64,000 nt of DNA, from positions 600,959 to 664,958 of the forward strand of contig NMRA01000161.1 of NCBI GenBank assembly GCA_002633005.1. Direction: 5' to 3'. This DNA comes from Phoronis australis (Eukaryota; Animalia; Phoronida). The notes under the pieces were generated by a model. That model had not been told where the DNA came from and made no database searches. It was given only the letters and a program-made list of their open reading frames with translations. The translations under genes and the position numbers were made by a program. Shown piece by piece: positions 39,501 through 51,500 of the stretch (position 1 is its first letter; each line of letters starts with the position of its first letter).

Positions 39501-42500
39501 AGAGGCTGATTAACTTGTAAACGTGACCTCTAAATTTTCCTTGCCATGACAGCCATTGGTTTCTACCACTGAAGTAAACAGACACATCACCAGTGATTTA
39601 TGTAAGGCGTTGACATTTCAACAGGCTTTTTTGCTAGCCGATGTCTTGAACGGTCCATTTGGAATTGGAAATCATTTTAATACACAAGTAGTCTGCTTTT
39701 CTAACTCTCACGACATGAGATCTGTAGCTACAACAAAGGAGTAATGCCAAAAACTTGTTGTATAAAGACCACTGCATGTGAGGAGTAGCACTCGAATGTA
39801 TTGTAAAAGAATAAATAAAGATGCTTAGTAAAATTTTTAATAGGATTCAGATTGCAATGGGGAAAGGCAGGTTCATTGTTCAAAACTTCATCGCTGTCAT
39901 GAACCACAACGGTGTGAAGCAGAACATTCCCAGCTCACTGACTGATGCATTTTGTGGAAACATTTTGTTAATGTCATTTTCAAACGATCGACTGTTGGGT
40001 CAAAACTTTCTTCGACAGCCTAAAATATTGGAAACCAAAATGTACGTTCACCGCACCCCTTTACCCCCATACAAAGGTGATCCATTAGCCTCCTATACTT
40101 CCACCACCTCATGGTTAGAACTTAATATTTACAAGCATTGTTTTTGCTTCTAAGTTGAAACGAAACGGCTTCTTACAGGAATAGAACAAACTTACAACAA
40201 GTTGTCGTCCATGTTTCAAAGTTTACATACAATATTGGCAAAATCACACACAGTTTTGCCCCTTACACCCTGTTCACACCAAAGCAGTGATAACTTTTAA
40301 AACCGATTTACAGGATATAACTCTCTGTCTGAACAATTTACAACCAGTTTGAAAAGTTGTAACCATAACGTGGTTACAGCCCTCTATGAGGGTGGTTAAG
40401 CAAGAGGTTATAACCGTAGTAACTTGGTGTAAACATGGCAGTTGTAAAAGTTAAAACTCAGTAGGTGGCGTTGATGTCAGATCCCACTGGAAATAATGGT
40501 GCACTGTGTGAATGGTAACAATTACATAACACTTAAAAACTACTGAAAGAGTAACTCATGGGTTTTGTTGGTCAGAAAACGGAACACAGCTTTAGTTTGT
40601 ATAGCATTCTAACACTGTGCCTGTGCAGGGATTCTATTCCTCGCAACGTGAACAAAAGGTCGTGACATTTACATTGTAATGCATCATGTTGTCACATTAG
40701 TGATTACCTGGATGTTCAGGTGTGAGATAAGCTGTTCATTACTCTTGTTACGCGACTCCAAGGTCACCACGTCAGTAGGACGACCCCCTTGTAACATGTT
40801 GCCAAGGCGATCAATCTCATCATCTCTTGTATCCAACTGCAAAGTGAAAGAAGGCCACTCTAATTGTAACAGCAATAAATGTTACAATATAACTGTGTTA
40901 CAACACACCTGGCTTCTAATGTCTGTTCAAGTACATCACTCCACTGAACAAGTTCCAAAACCAAGCCAACAGTACAGTAAAAGTTCAGCAACTTTGTACA
41001 AAAATAATTGCCAAATTGCCATGGTATATAGAACTTGAACATTGTAAAGCATTAATTTGATGCTACGTTACTTTCATGAAAAGGAGACAACATTGTGTCC
41101 TATATTGGTGAGCTTGTACAGTGCTACACACAAGTTGGTTCGCTTACAGCAAACTTTGGTTGCAACAAACGTTTTAGACAAGTGCTAGGAGAGTGCAGTA
41201 TAACACAGTTCAACTGTTCCATTATCATCACTACTATAACTACTGACTGGAAACTAGATTCTTCATCGTTACGCCACTTTTTCACAGATGTGGGTCCGAC
41301 ACCTCTTAAAAACAACTCGGCTCTCTCCTAAAGTGCGATGATCCAGCAGTGTTAACAAACAGATGCTGGTCTTGGAACAATCGGACTTTTATCGACAACA
41401 AGCTATCACCGTATATAAAGACATTTTCATTTTATAAGTAAACCATTCTCATCAAAGACAACCAATTTTTTGGATCCTGGAAATTCAACCTTGAAAGTGT
41501 TCAGTGACACAAAAGCTACAGCAACACTCCTGTATATTTTAGAACATCCATTCTCCTTTTGCCCACATGGGGTGATCATTGTGGACTGAACCCATATACA
41601 CAGCATAAAACTATCACACCATTACTAAATTTTAGGAAGCAGAGAGGAACATTAATGTTATGTAGGACCTGATCACATTAGCACACAGAGGTTTGGTGAT
41701 GACCGGGGGGGGGGGGGGATTTATTGGATAACCCTCTCTCTCTACTCAACTGCATGGACTCTAGTAGGATAACAAAATTCAAAGCAGAAACCCTGGGACT
41801 GTCGCCCCCTTGATCCCCCCTTCTGCACATTGCTGCCTTATCGACAACTCTGTGTATTCAGACACGTATATTAAGCTATTGACTTAAACAAACTCAGTAA
41901 AAGGATATATTTTCTAAAAACTGCCACTAATCAGGTTATGTGACCAGGACTTTTTAGTAAAATTTAACAAAAAAAACAACGTTACATTGATGGCAAAACA
42001 ACGGTACAAATAACGACAAAACTTCATTTAATATAAATGTTTAAAATGATATCTCGACAATGCTGTTAGAGTTTTCTAAACTATCATTTCGTTTTTGTTT
42101 AATGCAACATTTGACTTAATTATGAAAATCATAAAGTCTTATGGTTCGATTACTTTAATAGCGTATCATGCACAAGTGGAACATTCAGAAAACAATTCCC
42201 TCTAAGAGTTTTGGAGAGAACAGTGCAGAAACCATAGTATCTGAAAGTTTCACATGCATCTCAACAGCCATTTGTGAGATATGATGTTCAGCAGTTAGCC
42301 AACACTCTAGGGTTATACATGACCTTAACCAACAGAGAGGTTACAAAGTAAGTTTAAATAGGACCCTAGAAAAATATTCGAATTTAGCAAACTTTCCACA
42401 AATTATGTTTAATTGTACGCACTGTTCTCCAAAACACCGTTAGGAATTGTTTTTAAAATGATCCACTTTTTCACGAGGGGCTATAAAAATGGAACAAAAT

Positions 42501-45500
42501 CGACAAGCTTTCTACTTACAGAAAATGTGTATTTTTACCGAGTTAAAATCTATCTTGGTACGTCGCTAAATACATAGAACGCAAATACCGGTACCTACAC
42601 ATATACAATATGTACTGTTACTAGTAGTGGCGGTATCTTTTCATTACCAGCACCGGTAAGTTATAGGAACAAATATTTCTAGCAATGACACCATGAACAA
42701 TCAGTTACGTACAACAAAATGTACAATTTCTTGAGACACTCGATACATGTATTTGATAACAGATTCATGGCTTTAAAATAAATGTTCTCTGTGTAAATAT
42801 TCTGAATAAACTTTTGAATTGATGTATTTATGAATGTGTAGGCAATGCCTATGATGTACATTAAATGATATTGTTATTGAAGTTGACTAGTTCAGACAAA
42901 CATTGAGATAACAGACCATTAATGAAACCATAACCTGATATCATCTGGATAGGATGTTCACACATTCACCAACTCCTCCGGACAAATGCAAGGATACTAG
43001 ACCTCAAGTTACAACAAATTAATATTAGGTACTCAGAGAATACAAAGGTAGAGTATGTAGATGTATTGTATTCCTGCAGAGAAGACATCCTTGGCACAAG
43101 ACAATTTGAATACCAAGATCATTTTGGCACAAATACCTATCTAAAAACAGTAGAATGCAGACCTCAATATTTTGAAATGGTAGTTTTATCTGGGTCAATT
43201 TATTCCGAGTCATATTCTGTTTTCTGAACGACTTTCTAAATGTCGGCATTGCAACAGTAAGCAGTATCATTCACACAGTCTTGAGAAAATTCAACTCGAA
43301 AATTCACCATACCTACCAAACGAACTCAAAATACTATTGTTTTTTTTCAAACATTCTCAATGAATGCCATAGGTGCATGTAAAGAATCATAAAATGATAT
43401 CTACCATACCCATCGAAAGAGATAAAAAACAGTATTTTTCCTTTTCTCATATTTTTAATTCATGTCACAACAGTATTTTTCCTTTTCTAATATTTCTAAT
43501 TCATGTCACAAGTGCATATAAAGAATATCAAAAATATAAGGGTAGAAACGACCTTTTTTCCTTCAGTCTTTTCCCAAAACTACACCCATACGTGGGCATG
43601 TTACAGCAGATACGCAGGGGTCTCAATATTATCACATCTAGTCAAAAATACTACAAAGCAAACACTGGGACTATGGACAATGCTCTTTATCTGAATACTC
43701 AAACATCCCAAAGGACATGTGTATTTCCTCTCAAGAACTAGTCGCCTGTTTGACAACTTTTTCACATTAAGTTCAGGCAATAAAATGATCAAGTTATGAA
43801 CAGGTGCACGGATAAAGCCAAAGATCAATAGGGCCAGTAAAGGGCACTCCCAGAGAAAGGCGAAGGTACAAAAAGACTACAGATCCAGATCAACAGATGT
43901 GCACATACCAGCCATACATATTTAATGCCAGTATTGACGTTTGTAACATAACCAACATAATAATAACACCTGGGTTATTGATACTACTCTTACTACAACA
44001 TACACATGTGCTTTGGTAATTGGTAATGATTTGGTAATTGACTGAACTTCGTAGAATTGTCTTTGCTAAAGGAATTCAACTTGGCAAGTATACCTTAGGG
44101 TGAACTAGTCAAGATATGGATATTGATATTACGGTACAAGCAACATTTCCGCACAAAGATCCAAAAAGATTTACCTGGCCGCTATCAAATTTTAGACAAA
44201 GATAATGGCCAAAATTGAATTGATCATTTTTCATTTTTCAAAGACTTGTAATTGTAACATTGTGAATGTCTATAATGTCTGAACACATTGTATGATGGCA
44301 GCTTGAGCAAAGAACGCCAAAAATCATGTGTTTTGTTTCCAAAATCTTTATTTACATCTTCACTTTTAAATGCTACCCACAACTTTTATTTATGAGCAAA
44401 AAAAAAAATGTTTGGTACGATTTCGATTAAATTCAGTTACGAAGCAAAGTGAATAAATTTTCAGATCTACGCAACATCAGTCTCAGACGATGAACTGCTG
44501 TAGGGTTCTAAAGCGAATACCTTTCTTCGCGTTGAAATGTGCTTAATGATCTTTTGCTTAAACCACGCGCCGAATTAGTTATTCGTTACGTCCAATCAAA
44601 GTGGAGTTTACATTCAGTGCGTAATGACATCATCATTTACATAGTCACTTGACAACAATCTGCAACATTCTTCAAAAGTTCCTTTCCGCCCATGTAGAAA
44701 GTCTTCCGCCATTTAGAGATTTGAGAGCACAGGCGTGTTTGAGCTATATGAACTGATTAAAACTATGGGTTGATTAAGCAATAGTGCTTATTGATTATGT
44801 AAAATTGCACGTTCATTAAACAAAAAGTGTGTATTGAATAAGAACAGAACAATGATCATTTAAGAACTAATTCAGCGCGATGATAAGCAAAATGTACGCA
44901 TAGATCAAGCAAAATCTATGAGTTGATTGAGCAAAACTACGTATTGATTAAGTAAAACTACGAGTTGTTTAAGCACATTTCAACGCGAAAAAAGGTATTC
45001 GTTTAAGAACCCTTTGGCGCTTCATACCAGACAGCTGAACGTAATGTCCAAAATGAGCTTCTGCAATCGTATTCATCAATTTCAAATGTCACAAACTGCT
45101 TGGCCCAGTTGATAGAAACTCCCATATTAAAGCAAAGAAACTACCACTACCTGTTTTTCACACCAGGGGGAACCATATACATCTTGTGTAGAATTTTGTG
45201 AAGAATAGTGATGCTTTCATAATTTTGCCCGCATAAGTTAAACACCCTGGTGTGACAACTGCATGGTATGTCATTGACTGAATATAAATTGGCAACTAAA
45301 AACCTGGAAATAAGCAGTGGCCATCAGGGTGTTCCCTAAAGCACACTGACATCATATATCACCCTTCCAAGAATAGACAATCACCCTGAGGCTATATCAC
45401 CAGTGCTAACAGTATGAACACAACCTAAGTAAAGCAATACACTTGACTTAAAGTCATTGGCAAGCACATGGCAGCTTGTTACCAGAGTGGAGGACTGAAT

Positions 45501-48500
45501 ACCAGACTAGGGTTCATCACCACTGACACACTTATCAAGTAACAGTAAAACATGCACAGAGCCTGGCACAATGTTCCTGGCTCATTTAATATGAATTTGA
45601 TCAGTGGTCTTGGCAGACTTTAATGTTACAGTGAATAGGGGATCACATAACCCTATTGAAAGTTCACACCAGATATAGTACACAGAAGTGAGGCCTATTA
45701 TGGCCCTATGATAACAAGTGCAGACCTTTAACCGGCTTTTGGTTGGTGAGAGGTGTCGCCTCCTGGGACTTCGTGAACTCCTCAATGACATTCTGCCGAG
45801 CAACTGTTGGACTCACACAATCCCCTGCATAGCAGCGCCGGCACACAGCTGGCCAAGTTTTGGTCAACTACACTCCAGAATTTAAAATTTAACAGTTACT
45901 GATAAGGCCAAATAGGCCAAAGGTACTGAGCCAACATCAAAGGGGTCACAGCATACCATTATACAGACTTTATCAATAAATAGCCTTATTCAAAGCACAA
46001 GCACACTAGCCAAGCTCCGCCCATCTGGGACAGTTTATCCAATTGCCTATTGGAGCTGGGGAAGCAAAATCTATATAAGGAAGCTGACTGTTGACATAAG
46101 GCCTGGGGGGATGGCGTACCTAACAACTGATCTTGGTTTGCACAATAAGCATTACATAGAAGATAAAAATGTTAAGCACTGACCCATTGTGTAGCTCACG
46201 TCTGATTAAGCAGACATAAAAAATGCAATGAATGTTCACAACAAGTGGAAATCAGCAGGACTTCATTATTCTCTAACAGGTAATAGCCAGTAGTGCACAA
46301 GAATGTTGTAATTGGTACTTCCATCCCAGGGAGCAGACAGCATCAGTGTGAACACCCCTGCAGTGGAAGAGTGGACCGGGCTAATCCTCAATTATTAAGC
46401 ACAATGTTTGTATTTCAATAGGGTAAAGAAGGTATTAAGCTAAGAAAAGTTTATTACCAGTATGTTTAGAGTAAAAGCAGGGCTTGTGAAAAAGCCTGTC
46501 TATTAAAGAAAACAACAGGGGTACTTGATGTGAAACCTGTCATTTTTAGTGCAACATTGTGCTTGATAGAGCCACACTCAAATGCTCCAGAGAAACTTAC
46601 AACTAGGACGGATATGTACACGCAAGTTCCAATGTCTGTGACATAAACTGTTTTCAGTGATAACATAGACACCTTCTCCCCCTATGGCAAAATAATTACC
46701 AGTAAATTTCAAAGATATAAAATCAATGATTCATGAACAACTATGATTTACACAACCTGACATATTTTTTTACACCTTAGTACACTATACTGATATAATA
46801 ACATGAATCGAGATGTCACAAATTACTTTTNATTTCACATATATCAAAAACACATTGTTTGATTGGACTGAGTTTTCGAAATTTTAAGCAGCTAACGCAC
46901 TTCTGAACCAAGTCAAACAAATAAATAACAAGCCTCCATCAGCTTATCAAATTTCTTAGAATGTCAAAATAATTTTTAAATTAAAATACCTATTTGTACA
47001 GCAACAGACCAAAATAATAAGAACAGATCCCAACTGATGCATAGCACCATGGGTAATTTACAACGTCTGAGTCAGTGACATTGTGGTATTTCTGGATGTG
47101 TCTGTTAACTGCTATTTTTCATTCTCATGGTACCAAAGGACATCGGGAATAACGATAACGTTGTACAACTCGCTATGAGGAACAAAATACGAGACAGGTT
47201 TTTGGGCTAATCAGGGCTAACATTAACCATCTGACAAAAATATGGAAGTGTGCAAGGAAGATGATTTTGTCTCACTTTTGTGATGTCCACATTACGAGTT
47301 TCTCCTAGAAAACATTGTCAATAGGTTTACCGCTAGTAGAACTAAGTGTGGACTACTATTTGCCCTGGAGCAACTTGACACGTGTGACAACTTATCCCAT
47401 CTTTCTATGGTACAGTACATGCCAAAAAATAATCATCTTTCTATGGTACAGTACATGCCAAAAAATAATCAGATAAAATGACCCCGAATTCGCCATCATG
47501 ATGGCTGACCACAAGTGTGACTACCTTTCATAAGGCAGGACTCTGAATGACCAAAGACAAAAAAGAACATTTTCCAGGTGATATATATCGTTCCACAAAT
47601 AAATAGGCTCGTGCAACAGAAATATTTTTTGTGTTGTAAAATTTAACTGAAATAAACATTTTTGCATGAATAAAGTCAAAACAATGATAAAAAGAGACGA
47701 AAAAAGGAAGATGGAAATCAAAAAAGAGGAAATCCTCTTAACAGAGGAAAATTTCAAGCCCTGATTTTAAGGTGGGGTTATAAGTTGGACTTTCATGCCA
47801 GAAGTGGAATTCACCATCAGAGTAGCTAAAATATGATGCCTCGTGGCGGGTCATGACCCCTTGTGATAGGTTATAGCCCATCACGAGGGGCAACAGTATT
47901 TTATCTGATTACTTTTTGGCGTATACCGCAGAACAACTTGTTCTAGGGCAAGTTGCCCCAGCAATATGTTGTAATGCGGTAGCAAACCTGCTAATAAAGG
48001 CAAGTAAAATACCAGTTGAGTACTTCCATAGTTACATATATTGAACATACCAGCGCCTTCATTTTCGTGTTCTATTCCCCCCCATGTTAACATAGTTATA
48101 ATTAACAAACATTTTTCAAAGATCATCATGAGCAATGAGATAATTTGCTCCGTGTCAAAATGTGTCTACGGTATGATGTGGATGGTTAGCTGACTGGCGG
48201 CGAGTTACTCTAGGACAAGTTATCCCAGGGTAATTCATAGTGAGGACATGACCATTGTTTTTTAAAACTTCCTTCATCTACATTTGGCCACTATGACTGA
48301 ACAATTAGCAGGTGACACCAAAATTTGTTTGAAGCAGTGGATTAGAAACAAGCAAGCACAAAGTTTCACGTTATCTCAATAGATGTGTTCCCTGATATTT
48401 TGAAATCCCGCAAATATTTCAGGAAAAAATATAACGGGATTAATTCCACAAACAGTTCTGTCCTACAGGATTCCTGTTGACTGCCGGAACAACGCCGGTA

Positions 48501-51500
48501 TTTTTGTCGCTCCAACTAGTGGGCATTGGAAGAGGAAAAAAGACAATTCATTGGTCAACAACAGTGGTTTTATATCACGGATATGATTGGAATGTTAATG
48601 GAGCAAACAAACGGTGGGAAGTCCAGAGATTTTGTTTAAGCGTTGGCCATTGAACTAGGTCCGAATCATTTTCCGAATGTCTGATTGATTTTACATTAGT
48701 CCAGATATTTGCCTAATTCATATCTGGGAATGGTGGCATATTAATGTCATATTCTAGATACAACACAGATGTGTTAATAACCAGTGGCTGGGAAATGCCA
48801 GTTTGAAATAAGTCCCAAAACCCCAATCAGCGGTAGGCAAACCATTCAACAAAATTTGTACAAACTGTATTTTTGCATACATACGTTTTTTCTTTGATAT
48901 GAAAAACGAGTAAGAATTTGGAGTGTAAACTCCGTTTTAAAGTCATTGAATAAATAATTTATGGTTTTATGTCAATGACACCATTGTTTCCACCTAACTG
49001 TACTCTTCTATTAGATGGATGTATACACCAGAGCAACCACTGGGGTCACCAATCCTGTTGGGAACAACGTGTGTTTGATCTGAATTTTTGGAAAATTTGG
49101 ACTTCGGGTTACGGAATCCTGTACAAACCCCTCCTCCATTAGCAAATTTTGTCTGGCTGATTTACAAAATTTCCTGACAGATTCTGACACTTTAGGACCT
49201 AGAGAAAGTAGCAAAATCTCTAATAAATGAATAAAATTTACTATTACGAGACCAGGAAAATTTGGTGGAGTTCATAATACCGAGTAAATCGAGTCCCAAT
49301 GCAAAATTTTTGCTGCTTAAATTTTAGCGGAAGAAATAACTGGATTACTTCCACTAAATTTCACATGGCAACAGTTGCCTACATAACGACTGCGTCATCA
49401 AAAGCAGCGCTGTCTCGTAGAATTTTCAAACATCTGTTGCTCAGGCTGTAAAGTGGCATTTGCATTCTCTTAACTATGCTAAGTTAAAAGCACACATTAC
49501 TGATATTTTAACACAGACAATTTGTAAATGAGAAAATAACAAGGATAAAAAGATGATTTTAGCCCTCTCACTGGAATATATGTCATCCGCATCACGCAAT
49601 GTTTTCAGCTTGCGAGATAGACGGACTAACAAAGAAGACGACAGCATGGTTCAAACAAACATTAGGCAGCCCAATTTTAGGCCTTTTCAGGGCCTTTGTC
49701 TTACTAAATACATGTTTACAGCCTTACTGAGCGACAATGTTTAGTGTATGTGAAAAAGAACACATCAAAGACATAATGTGACCAAATACGTGTATGTAGT
49801 TGATTACAGCTACCCTTCTTTCGGAAGGTTATTCATTTGGCTAGTTCCCGATCCTAACTGTAAATGGTGTGAAAGAGTACCACTAGTGCCACAATGTACT
49901 ACAGAATTGTACCCCTTTGGATAAATGCCGAACTAGAAGTTATCTCCCCTTACTTCACGAATTATTAATTCGTTACGTTACCGAGTTAGGTGAAATACTG
50001 ACAAGAGTATTTCAAAACTGTTGATAACCAATTGCTGACTACCAATTTCACCCTGGTTCCATTAATCAGCTTCCAGGTTAGTTTCATCAAAAAAATTATA
50101 GTTTATGGGCAAACCCAAAGTACACACATTAAAATTTCACCATACTGGGATAAAACAAGCAGCCAAAAATTGCCATTTTAAAAATTTTAAGGGCTTCTAA
50201 TAAAGTTTAGAACATTCATATTACTTCAAAATGTTATCAGATGGCAATTAGTTATATTTATGGCAAAATATTAATTTGGTGCAAGAAATTTAAATTGCGC
50301 ATGTCAGTCATTACTGTGTTCTAAATTGACAGATCTTAAATTATATACCACAAACTCAAAACACAGCAAGCCAAGGTTAGGAAAGACACAACACCACTCA
50401 CGTTACACCAAGCTGAACACAGCGGCCATTTTGAAAAAAAAGTTAAGAAATAAGTTCTTCTGTAATTGACCTCATCACAGAAAATCCAAATGCACTTCTG
50501 TGATGGAACTACATTAGAGGCAAATGTAACCATATTACACATACATGGATGACATAGGTACATCACGGAGGTGGGGGAGGGTGGGTAGGGTTGAGTAATG
50601 TAAGTACTACAATCATCTGGCCAAGAATTCTAACACACAACATAATTATATGCATTTCAAAAGCAAAGCAAGAATTTTCCAAGGAACTGTATATCACCAT
50701 CATGTACTTTCACAAGGCCAACAACCTCAACCTCAAGGCAATTTCACACTCAGTTCTTCTGACTGATTTATTGTGCTACACAAGAGATTTAAAACTGAAA
50801 CTGAAAAGCAAAATTTGACGAGAACAAACTGTGCTCATTGAGAATTGCCCGCCAAAGCCCTCTCAATGAAAGGTAATAAGCATAAGCAGAATCTTAAAAA
50901 AATCAATTTTAACTTTTAACATTCGGGCAAATTTCACAGTTAAGACAGAACAATGTTACATCCATACCTGCTTTTATATGAGAGACAGTTGTCGCCATGT
51001 TAGTTGTCACGGCACGACTTGCTCCACTTTAGTTGCATTTACACAACATTAGATGGCAAACTGGATCAGCATTAGTCACTTACACTAAGACTGTCAGCGC
51101 ATGCTCGCATAAACAATAGCAAACGCCAGTGGATCACCCGTATATAAGTTATTGCGGAAGCATGTTGAAAGATGATCCTTTTCCGCCCTGCCAGTTATGC
51201 TCAGACGTGTAGTTTGAAACTGAAGCAACTGATCGAGAGCAACTCACTCTACCTATCAAACCATTGTCAAAAATTGACTGCCGTGGTGTCAGTTGCTCCA
51301 TGTCAGTCATGTCAAACTTGCACCCGACCAGCTATTCAGTGTTAGTTGCTCTGTGACAGCTGTCTTTCGTTTAAATGCAACTAAGGAGATTTTGAGACAG
51401 AAAACAGTAAGTGAACCGTTTACAGAACACATTTGACACAGTGCAAGTATATGCGTGAACGAAATTTGGCACGACACAACGCAATGCAATTTTGGCAAAA

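Noticed and set aside
42700-43850. Possible LINE remnant and ORF 43373-43741
   Set aside because: A-rich with broken frames and no diagnostic motif; too weak to call.
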